A stretch of DNA of 50,364 bases. It comes from a virus. Below the pieces are notes generated by a model. That model saw only the letters and a program-made list of their open reading frames with translations. It had not been told where the DNA came from and made no database searches. The stretch lies in the IMG/VR virus record IMGVR_UViG_3300029822_000014, positions 1-50,364 of that record, one strand, 5' to 3'. The translations under genes were made by a program, and so were the position numbers. Positions 43,590 through 50,364 of this stretch are shown piece after piece (the first letter of the stretch is position 1; every line of letters starts with the position of its first letter).

Positions 43590-45479
43590 ATGATAACTGG
43601 AAACAAAGTACCCTCACATGATATTGACTTGTTCGAGTATAAGTTAAGTGTTGAAAAGAAAAGTAAACGAAGTTACGAATATTGCCTCAAAACAAAGAAA
43701 GGAAGAATATTATTCAAATACAATATCAACAAAAAACCAGGAGAATTAAATCATACCAGTAACGTAGTGATGGGAATCCTAAAAGAATTAGATGGGAAAA
43801 TAACCATCACTACAGATGATGGTATAATTGGAAGTGTGGGTAAGGATCAAATACAGAAAAAGGTTATGGGTAAACTTGAAAATTTACAAGAATACTTAGA
43901 TGCTTATGTTCAGAATCAAATTGATAATGAATCTGAAGTATTAATTGAGGCTAATAAGAAACGATTAGAAGATTTAGAAGTTAAGGCTGATGAATTTCTT
44001 AACTTCTTATATGTTCATAATTTAACTTTACCCGCTTTTATTTGGTATGCTGCTGAATGGTTGGCTGGTGGTGAATCTCAGAATACTTTAACTGGTTTGA
44101 TTTGTCATTGCACTACTTATTTTAAGATTAAAAGTGTATGGTTTTTAGTGTTAGGTAAAGCTGGTGATGGTAAAACTGTTGTTGATAATGCGAGTGAAAC
44201 TTTAATGTCTCCTGATGCTTTTGAGAATGGTCGTAAAACTGAGTCTGCTCTTCGTCGTAAAAGTCTTATTTGTGGTGAGGATTATTTAGATAATAAGATT
44301 TTGAAGATGGGAGATTTTGGAGGGGATAATGATATTGATAAATGGTCTGATACTTTGGATAAGTATAAAGAATTAGCGACTGATGGTAAGACTGAGATTG
44401 AAGTTACTAGTGATAGTGTTAATGAGGATACTGGGGAACGTGATGTTATTTCATTTCTTTTAACTGGTAATCCTAGTGTTTCTTTAACTAGTATTAATAG
44501 TGAACGTTTTGATGATCAGATTATGCGGCGGAGTATTAATGTGTCTCCTGTTGCTACTAATGAGGAGGTTCGTAAGTTTTATTATTATAATAAAGGTTTG
44601 ATTAGTGAACATCGTGATTATGTTATTAGTGAGGAAATTAGTATGTTTCATGATTATGTGGAGTATATTCATTTAAAATATTCTGGTACTAAGATTATTA
44701 ATCCGTATTGGTCTTGTTTGGATAAATGGTTTAGTGGTTCTGAATTTTATAAGACTAGTCTTAACTTATATCCGGCATTGGTGGAAACTGTTACTTTATT
44801 GAATTATGATGAGCGGGAACATTTTGTGAGTAATGGTGAAACTTATATTATTAGTACTAAGGAGGATAATCAGATTGTTGCTGATATTTTTAATCCATCT
44901 CAAGGTTTAAGTGAGTCTAGTGTTCGTATTTTTAATTTGATGTTGAAATGGTATAAGCCTTATGATCCTATGGAGTTAACTGAGTATAATAATGGGGATG
45001 CTACTATGCGTGAATGTAATACTATTTTTACTAGTGGTGAGATTAAGAATAATGGGAGTAAGATTCGTAAGTTGAAGGGTTTGCCTTATGGGGAGATTGT
45101 GTCTAGTTTGAATAATCATGGTTTGATTGAAGCGGTTGATAAGATGCGTAGGGGTAATAGGAATATTTATATTTTGAATCATATGGAACCTTTGGAAAGT
45201 CGTGAAATAAAATTTGATGATGATGAAATTTCTAAGTATATGGGTGATGTGTGTATGATGTATGGTGTACCTCTCTCACGGGGTGAAAAAATGATTTCTG
45301 AAAAAATTGGAGATAAGGCTTCTGAGGGGTGGGTTTCTGATTTAAAGCTTCCTCCGTGGGTTTCTAAATGCCCACTTCATGCCCCCGGTTGCCCCTCTGA
45401 GCCCGTAAAAGACTGGATTATTTACCGCCCAAGCCCCCAAAAACCTGAAGATGATGTACCGCAAAGTACCGCAAAGTAA
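43590..45479 (+). CDS. Replication protein, SF3 helicase-like (P4/D5-type NTPase)
   Basis: 629 aa; Walker A VLGKAGDGKTV, Walker B-like ILKMGDFGGD; Pro-rich, locally GC-rich C-terminus ending in a 10-bp tandem repeat. Confidence 0.6.
   Translation: MITGNKVPSHDIDLFEYKLSVEKKSKRSYEYCLKTKKGRILFKYNINKKPGELNHTSNVVMGILKELDGKITITTDDGIIGSVGKDQIQKKVMGKLENLQEYLDAYVQNQIDNESEVLIEANKKRLEDLEVKADEFLNFLYVHNLTLPAFIWYAAEWLAGGESQNTLTGLICHCTTYFKIKSVWFLVLGKAGDGKTVVDNASETLMSPDAFENGRKTESALRRKSLICGEDYLDNKILKMGDFGGDNDIDKWSDTLDKYKELATDGKTEIEVTSDSVNEDTGERDVISFLLTGNPSVSLTSINSERFDDQIMRRSINVSPVATNEEVRKFYYYNKGLISEHRDYVISEEISMFHDYVEYIHLKYSGTKIINPYWSCLDKWFSGSEFYKTSLNLYPALVETVTLLNYDEREHFVSNGETYIISTKEDNQIVADIFNPSQGLSESSVRIFNLMLKWYKPYDPMELTEYNNGDATMRECNTIFTSGEIKNNGSKIRKLKGLPYGEIVSSLNNHGLIEAVDKMRRGNRNIYILNHMEPLESREIKFDDDEISKYMGDVCMMYGVPLSRGEKMISEKIGDKASEGWVSDLKLPPWVSKCPLHAPGCPSEPVKDWIIYRPSPQKPEDDVPQSTAK
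45456..45479 (+). repeat. Tandem 10-mer GTACCGCAAA x2.4 covering the helicase-like gene stop
   Basis: gtaccgcaaa gtaccgcaaa gtaa; the TAA stop lies in the third partial unit. Confidence 0.85.
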
Positions 45480-45493
45480 GATGGGTGTAAAAT

Positions 45494-46069
45494 ATGAAAG
45501 TTCCAAATTGTATACCTAAATTTATAATAAAAACTAATAAGGGGAATCGTAATCAGAGTCTTTTTAATGCAATAAATCATGTAAGACGATTTAATCCCGA
45601 ATGTGATTACAGTAAACTATATAATGTTGCATTAAAATTAAATAAACTCTTACAACCCTCTTTAAATGAAAAAGAGGTTAGTACAATAACTAGTCATGTA
45701 CTTAAAAAAAGGTATAAGAGTAGTTGTAAAAAGTATGAAAAGTTTTGTGAAAGTTATCCTTGTAATTTTCATGGAGTTAAATATTTTAAAGATTATCAGC
45801 CAGGTTGGTGGAAGTATTTGGATTATGATAATAGTATAATTAATATTCCCGGATTAGTTGAGAAACATGTTTATTTGTGGGAAATTATGGATACTAGTAA
45901 ATTGGATAGTGATCAGGTGGAACGTGTTCATGAACTTCGTGATGAGAAGGGTATGAGTACTATTATTGATGAAGTTTTGAAGTTAAAAGGATTACCTATT
46001 GGTGATGAAGCGTATATGTTATGGGAGAATTTTAGGAGTGATAATGTGGGGATTAATTATGAAATATGA
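45494..46069 (+). CDS. Primase C-terminal (PriCT-1)-like domain protein
   Basis: 191 aa; KGNRNQSLFNAINHVRRF...LNKLLQPSLNEKEVSTITSHVLKKRY fits the PriCT_1 pattern (eG.RN..Lf..a..l......a...N.....PL...Ev..i..s....Y). Confidence 0.55.
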   Translation: MKVPNCIPKFIIKTNKGNRNQSLFNAINHVRRFNPECDYSKLYNVALKLNKLLQPSLNEKEVSTITSHVLKKRYKSSCKKYEKFCESYPCNFHGVKYFKDYQPGWWKYLDYDNSIINIPGLVEKHVYLWEIMDTSKLDSDQVERVHELRDEKGMSTIIDEVLKLKGLPIGDEAYMLWENFRSDNVGINYEI

Positions 46070-46271
46070 GTCTTGTTGTATTTGTGGTAAAAGATTGTAT
46101 GGTAGGGCGAAGAATCGGAAGTATTGTAGTAGTTGTTTGCCTAAGCATCAATTAAGTTTTAAATTAAATGATGAGGAGTATGAATTGTTTTTGGAGTATT
46201 ATGATATTTTTGGGTGTGGCTCAGTGAGTGAGTGTGTTAAGGATTTAGTTTTGGAAGGTGTTAAAAGATGA
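46059..46271 (+). CDS. Zn-ribbon + RHH-like small protein
   Basis: Track ORF 45999..46271; ATG 46059 (MKYESCCICGKRLYGRAKNRKYCSSCLP) is the likely start; the C-terminus resembles the next ORF. Confidence 0.45.
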   Translation: MKYESCCICGKRLYGRAKNRKYCSSCLPKHQLSFKLNDEEYELFLEYYDIFGCGSVSECVKDLVLEGVKR

Positions 46272-46450
46272 GTGGTCGTTATCCTTATCATAATCCTGAG
46301 GATAGGTTATCTCATCAAGTAGGTACTACTGTTACTGAACCTCAATACTTGTTAATTAAGGAGTTTGCTGATGATAATGGTTTAACTGTTACTGGTTTAC
46401 TTCGTGAATCTTTGAAGGTTTATCTTCGTGACCGTGGTGTACGATTATGA
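46268..46450 (+). CDS. RHH/CopG-like small DNA-binding protein
   Basis: 60 aa; TEPQYLLIKEFADDNGLTVTGLLRESLKVYL. Confidence 0.45.
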   Translation: MSGRYPYHNPEDRLSHQVGTTVTEPQYLLIKEFADDNGLTVTGLLRESLKVYLRDRGVRL

Positions 46451-47142
46451 TTGTAATCATTGATAGTCGTGAGAAGAAGCGTACAAGTGAAGCTCTTGAA
46501 TACTATAATGGTAAAGGTCATACTGCTAAAATTAGTACACTTGATGTAGGGGATTACTTATTTGATGGAAAAGTTGTTTTTGAATTTAAGTTAGCTTCTG
46601 ATTTTATTTCATCTATAAAAGATGAATCCGTTTTTAATGAGGCGGTTAATCAGGCACAAGTGTACCCTTTTCACTATGTAATCCTTGTAGGGAGTATTGT
46701 TGGTGTGTTGGAGGCGAATTATAATAGTAATCGGAGAATTCGTAGAATGTATCCGAATGTGGCTGAGTATTATAAATATAATACTAGTCAATGTACAGGG
46801 GCTATTCGTAGACTTAGAACTTTTACTAATGTGATTGAGTGTAATACGGTTAAGGGTGCGTTTAAGGAAATGTTACTCCAAAGCGATAAATGTTTACACT
46901 CCAAATCATATGGGGGGGTGGTTAGACCTACATTGAATACTTATAATCCTGTTAGTTTTCTTCTTGGGGGGTGTAAAAACATTTCAGGTAATCGTAGTAG
47001 TAAAATTATAAGTGAATTACATTTAACTACTGTTAAGGATTTACTTGAGTGTGAGGAAGCTGACTTTTATAGTGTGGCTGGAATTGGTGAGAAAACAGCT
47101 AAAAACATTTACAAATGGATAAATGGAAAAGTAAAGGAGTAA
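46447..47142 (+). CDS. ERCC4 (XPF/Mus81/Hef-type) nuclease with C-terminal helix-hairpin-helix
   Basis: 231 aa; IVIIDSREKK, LDVGDYLF, VFEFKLASDFISSI (GDxn-ERKx3D-like with Phe in the Arg position), HhH AGIGEKTAKNIYKWI. Confidence 0.7.
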   Translation: MIVIIDSREKKRTSEALEYYNGKGHTAKISTLDVGDYLFDGKVVFEFKLASDFISSIKDESVFNEAVNQAQVYPFHYVILVGSIVGVLEANYNSNRRIRRMYPNVAEYYKYNTSQCTGAIRRLRTFTNVIECNTVKGAFKEMLLQSDKCLHSKSYGGVVRPTLNTYNPVSFLLGGCKNISGNRSSKIISELHLTTVKDLLECEEADFYSVAGIGEKTAKNIYKWINGKVKE

Positions 47143-47162
47143 AAATAAAGGAGGATTAAATT

Positions 47163-47387
47163 ATGAGTGAAGATGTAGGATTTGATAAAGAATTAACTGA
47201 TACCGTAATCGGTAGTAACTACAAAGAGATTACAGTACATTTAACCAGTGAACAAATACGAGTAAGTGAAACAGATAATATAATGATTTCAGATGATTTA
47301 ATGCACATACAACACAAGAATAAAGAGGTTTGTATACCATTATGGAAGATTGAATACGTTGTAGTGGAACGAATACCAGAGGAATAG
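47163..47387 (+). CDS. Hypothetical small protein
   Basis: 74 aa; SD aAGGAGGattaaattATG. Confidence 0.5.
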   Translation: MSEDVGFDKELTDTVIGSNYKEITVHLTSEQIRVSETDNIMISDDLMHIQHKNKEVCIPLWKIEYVVVERIPEE

Positions 47388-47390
47388 ATT

Positions 47391-47627
47391 ATGGATTTTA
47401 AAGATTTAGAAGTATTATTAAGTGATATGCGTACAGATGAACGAATAGATGTTTATACTAGTAATAAGAGTTGGATAGGGGTATATGAGGATAAATTTAC
47501 TTTAACCCCTACACTTTTAACTATAAAAAAAGAGGATGGTACAATATATAATATTCCTAATGAGAATATAATAAGCATCACCATTCATGCAGAACATATT
47601 AAAAGACCAACAGAGATATGGAAATGA
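47391..47627 (+). CDS. Hypothetical small protein
   Basis: 78 aa, 3 nt after the previous stop. Confidence 0.5.
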   Translation: MDFKDLEVLLSDMRTDERIDVYTSNKSWIGVYEDKFTLTPTLLTIKKEDGTIYNIPNENIISITIHAEHIKRPTEIWK

Positions 47628-47661
47628 ATGAATTCTTCATAATTTTTAATAAGTTTTTCAC

Positions 47662-47997
47662 ATGGTGGATTATGAGTTTAATATTTTTAGTTATATTATT
47701 AATTGGATGGGAAGTGATAAAATGAGTAATGAAAAAGGATTATTAGAAAGATTAGCAAGTTTAGAACATGAGCAATGGTGTGAGTGGAGTAAAAGTATTG
47801 CAAAAGATATAAATAACTTATTAGAATTAATCCCTACCGAGGATTTAGATGTTGAAGAGTTAACATTCTTTATGGACCAAAATGCTCGGTTGAATAGATG
47901 GGCTAAATTACGAGTACCTTATGAAGATTTAAGTGAAATGTGGAAAGAAGAAGACCGTAAATATGCACGAAAAGTATTAAAGGAGTTACAAAAATGA
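47662..47997 (+). CDS. Hypothetical protein (start probably internal, ATG 47707 or 47722)
   Basis: Track ORF of 111 aa; MSNEKGLLERLASLEHEQWCEWSKS begins at 47722, after a GTGAT. Confidence 0.5.
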   Translation: MVDYEFNIFSYIINWMGSDKMSNEKGLLERLASLEHEQWCEWSKSIAKDINNLLELIPTEDLDVEELTFFMDQNARLNRWAKLRVPYEDLSEMWKEEDRKYARKVLKELQK

Positions 47998-48173
47998 ATA
48001 GATTAAATGAAACTAGTCGAAACCTCCGAGAAACACGAGAATACTATACTAAAATATTAAACAACAACACCCATACAAGTTTAACACATGAGGAAATACA
48101 AGAACGAATAAAAGAAATAGATAAACACTTAATCCGAATCAACAAGGAATTTAATGGAGGATTACAAAAATGA
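47994..48173 (+). CDS. Small ORF (59 aa, just below the track cutoff)
   Basis: ATGA overlaps at both ends; MNRLNETSRNLRETREYYTKILNNNTHTSLTHEEIQERIKEIDKHLIRINKEFNGGLQK. Confidence 0.45.
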   Translation: MNRLNETSRNLRETREYYTKILNNNTHTSLTHEEIQERIKEIDKHLIRINKEFNGGLQK

Positions 48174-48361
48174 ATCAACACACACGACTAATGCGAATCC
48201 ACAGTTGTGGGGAATGCCCATATACAATTAAAACCGTGAATGGTTACAAATGCACTAAAACAGGGGAACATTTAAACAAAACAAATTATATCCAATTACT
48301 ATTCCTTCCTGATCATTGCCCATTAAAAATGGAAACCCCTGGTGATAATGTTGAATTCTAG
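48170..48361 (+). CDS. Small Cys-rich (Zn-binding-like) protein
   Basis: 63 aa; CGECPY...C...HCP. Confidence 0.5.
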   Translation: MNQHTRLMRIHSCGECPYTIKTVNGYKCTKTGEHLNKTNYIQLLFLPDHCPLKMETPGDNVEF

Positions 48362-48527
48362 AGAACTTGATACTGCAATTACTTGTTTTAATACTGTTTC
48401 TGGATATTTACTTGGAGTAGTAAGTAGTTTACCTGAAGATGAATGGTGTACAAGTGAAGAATTAGTCATGAATAGTTTGAACTTGTTAGGGGAATTCTTA
48501 CAAAGTTTAGAAGTTAATGAAGAATAA
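48342..48527 (+). CDS. Hypothetical small protein
   Basis: 61 aa; overlaps the previous ORF by 20 nt; start uncertain. Confidence 0.4.
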   Translation: MIMLNSRELDTAITCFNTVSGYLLGVVSSLPEDEWCTSEELVMNSLNLLGEFLQSLEVNEE

Positions 48528-48554
48528 AAATTATTTTTATAAAGGGGGGTCAGT

Positions 48555-49007
48555 ATGGTTGATATGAAAAACATAATCACAACAAAACAGGGGGAATACA
48601 TAATCCGCAAAACCTTCAATGGACATAAATATTATTATGGAACCTACAAAGAATTACCAATCGCAATAGCAATCCGTGATGAACTACGAGAAGATAATTG
48701 GAACAAGAAAAACCTGATACATCACATACTAAAAGCAAAAATCGAGTATAATGATACTACAGAATTAATACAACAATATAATCCTAAAATTATAAGTAAA
48801 TTATATAAAGTGCAATGTTGGACGGATTGTGAAATCCAACCCAACATGAATATGTTAGAATTACATTACAATTACACTCCAACATATCTCGTAACATTAA
48901 GAATTAAGGAATACTTGAAACCCGAATTAAAAGTAGTGAAGAATAATATACGAATGAATGGAGGCATGACAATATTATTACAACCAGAAACATCAACTAC
49001 TTACTAA
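48555..49007 (+). CDS. AP2-like DNA-binding domain protein
   Basis: 150 aa; SD aaaGGGGGGtcagtATG; GEYIIRKTFNGHKYYYGTYKELPIAIAIRDELRE fits G.y.a.i..nGk...lG.f.t.eeA..ard. Confidence 0.45.
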   Translation: MVDMKNIITTKQGEYIIRKTFNGHKYYYGTYKELPIAIAIRDELREDNWNKKNLIHHILKAKIEYNDTTELIQQYNPKIISKLYKVQCWTDCEIQPNMNMLELHYNYTPTYLVTLRIKEYLKPELKVVKNNIRMNGGMTILLQPETSTTY

Positions 49008-49393
49008 ACACTTACAGTCACCGTGTACCAGGAGAACCACAAACCACACAACAAGAAACCCAACACACACAAAGAAGAAGTAATGCAGAAAAACATAAAA
49101 TTGCTAACATCCTCATTACTAAGTTACCCATTAATGGGGAAGATAAACAACGAGTACATTACCTTATTGATAGGTACCAGGATTTTAATACTTTAAACCA
49201 TCAAGCCACAAATGAACAAATCATATTATGTATTTGTTACTATGTAATGTTAACACGGAACCCAAGAGCACGAATAGAAAAATATTCAATATTCCAAGAA
49301 TTAAAGGTGAATCCAAATATGTACTACTTGATCATTACTCGTATGTTAAAATTGGAACAAGAAGAATCAAGGTTAAAATATAATAAGAATTAA
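48947..49393 (+). CDS. 149-codon open frame with no ATG/GTG/TTG in its first 100 codons; single cyclin/TFB-core-like repeat
   Basis: It is the -1 frame relative to 48555..49007 and overlaps its last 61 nt. ITKLPINGEDKQRVHYLIDRY..NHQATNEQIILCICYYVMLTRNPRA..IEKYSIFQELKVNPNMYYLIITRMLKL is collinear with TFB cyclin repeat 1. The first ATG is at 49247. Confidence 0.4.
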   Translation, partial: YTNEWRHDNIITTRNINYLLNTYSHRVPGEPQTTQQETQHTQRRSNAEKHKIANILITKLPINGEDKQRVHYLIDRYQDFNTLNHQATNEQIILCICYYVMLTRNPRARIEKYSIFQELKVNPNMYYLIITRMLKLEQEESRLKYNKN

Positions 49394-49414
49394 TCTTTTT
49401 TCTTCCTTTTTTTA
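49394..49414 (+). terminator. Oligo-T tract (archaeal-type terminator candidate)
   Basis: tcttttttcttccttttttta immediately after the stop at 49391-93. Confidence 0.45.
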
Positions 49415-49784
49415 TTAATTATATTAACAAAAAAAATTATCGTATGATACCTTATTTATTATTTACAGTATATAAATGTTTCGTATCGTTTTGTTGGTAG
49501 AAGTGTAGGTAGAATCATTTAAAAGGAAAGTGGACAAAAATGGGAACACTAACAACCAATAATATAGTATAGGATAGTTAAAATTTTCATAAAAAATAAT
49601 TTGAAGTGTTGAAGATGAATTTTATATTAATTGATAAGAAATTCTACTATTAAATATTTTCGTGAAAAAAAAATATTATTATCAAAAAAAACTTAACGCA
49701 CAAACATTCCCATTATTCACACATGAGAATCCTTAACCATCCTTATATAATAATCTATTTTATATAAAAATATGACACTAAAAA

Positions 49785-50003
49785 ATGAACAAAAAACCAC
49801 ATAATGAGATGGAACCAGTCAAAGAAGACAAGGACAAAAAATTAAATCATAAATGTCCAGAATGTAAATCTGATCATATAGCATCAGTAGATGATACTGG
49901 AATATTATACTGTATGGATTGCGGTTTAGTTTTGACTGGGTATCCTCCATTAAATGTGAACAGTACACGAATAACATATGATTGGGGTTTAACATATTGG
50001 TAA
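49785..50003 (+). CDS. TFIIB/TFB-type zinc-ribbon protein (no cyclin core)
   Basis: 72 aa; CPECKSDHIASVDDTGILYCMDCGLVL matches the TFB N-terminal ribbon (CPeCgs..l..D...GE.vC..CGlVl). The TATA-like ttttatataaaaat lies ~20 nt upstream and no SD is present (possibly leaderless). Confidence 0.6.
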   Translation: MNKKPHNEMEPVKEDKDKKLNHKCPECKSDHIASVDDTGILYCMDCGLVLTGYPPLNVNSTRITYDWGLTYW

Positions 50004-50006
50004 GGA

Positions 50007-50022
50007 TTGAAGAAGTCCAATT
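50007..50022. repeat. Left arm of a perfect 16-bp inverted repeat
   Basis: GATTGAAGAAGTCCAA is the reverse complement of 50273..50288. Confidence 0.9.
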
Positions 50023-50265
50023 AATGGGTGCATAAATATTTTTATAAGTTCCTATTGATTTTATAGTACATTGTGGAGGATTACATATTTCGTCAGCTAT
50101 AATTACATTTTATTAACTCAAAAGTTTTTCAATAAATTCTACACATTTTCTGCCTAAAAAAAGTCATTTCATATTTTCTCTATTTAAACTCAAAAAAGGG
50201 GATTAAACACAATTATTCAAATTATAAATCCTTTCTCTTAACATATACAATCAAATATAAACTTA

Positions 50266-50364
50266 TACATAGTTGGACTTCTTCAATCTTTATCTTTTAA
50301 TTGTTTTGGACATGTATTATAAAATCAGGTTTTTTTTTAGTAATGTATCAATATGATTTTAAAA
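50266..50364. repeat. Terminal direct repeat, right copy (identical to 1..99)
   Basis: See the left copy. Confidence 0.95.
50273..50288. repeat. Right arm of the perfect 16-bp inverted repeat (also present at 8..23 through the terminal repeat)
   Basis: TTGGACTTCTTCAATC. Confidence 0.9.

Noticed and set aside
1-50364. CRISPR array, diversity-generating retroelement, rRNA or complete tRNA genes, transposase/IS elements
   Set aside because: There are no regularly spaced direct repeats with unique spacers and no reverse-transcriptase-like ORF or template/variable repeat pair. There is no cloverleaf-compatible full tRNA and no transposase-like ORF with terminal inverted repeats. The only mobile element seen is the intein.

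Overview
AT-rich window holding the complete genome of a temperate tailed virus or provirus. An exact 99-nt end overlap (1-99 = 50266-50364) closes it into a 50,265-bp unit. My inference is a host among the pseudomurein-walled methanogens (Methanobacteriales, Methanobrevibacter/Methanosphaera-like). The basis is a PeiW/PeiP-like pseudomurein endoisopeptidase with pseudomurein-binding repeats, adhesin-like beta-helix and Ig-like repeat proteins, and GGTGAT/GGAGG ribosome-binding sites. There are about 70 genes, and all but three lie on the + strand. Gene order: two membrane proteins, terS-like, terL, portal, Mu F/SPP1 gp7-like head morphogenesis protein (interrupted by an intein), prohead protease/scaffold and major capsid protein. 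Next come the head-tail connectors, then sheath, tube, chaperone-like ORFs and tape measure. A baseplate/hub/fibre module of about 19 kb follows (16.0-35.2 kb), then the endoisopeptidase. After that come a two-gene accessory operon, two antisense small membrane proteins, a tyrosine recombinase, a divergent AbrB-like regulator and an early/replication module (SSAP-like, SF3 helicase-like, PriCT, ERCC4 nuclease, small Zn/RHH proteins). The genome ends with a cyclin/TFB-like frame and a TFIIB-type Zn-ribbon ORF. Items most worth a second look: (1) a LAGLIDADG intein splitting the HPN|CRC motif of the head morphogenesis protein; (2) an Ig-like domain ORF in the +1 frame at the end of the capsid gene; (3) a duplicated promoter/leader module with a covarying CGGCAA-loop hairpin and a 17-nt box flanking the AbrB gene; (4) a 16-bp perfect inverted repeat bracketing a 250-nt intergenic segment next to a tRNA 3'-end fragment; (5) a 149-codon start-less cyclin/TFB-like frame in the -1 frame of the upstream ORF, plus a separate TFIIB Zn-ribbon gene; (6) a hub protein with a transglutaminase-like Cys-His-Asp peptidase, in addition to the endolysin. 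Limits: every call comes from reading the supplied translations and the DNA by eye and from motif memory. No database search, folding or statistics were run.
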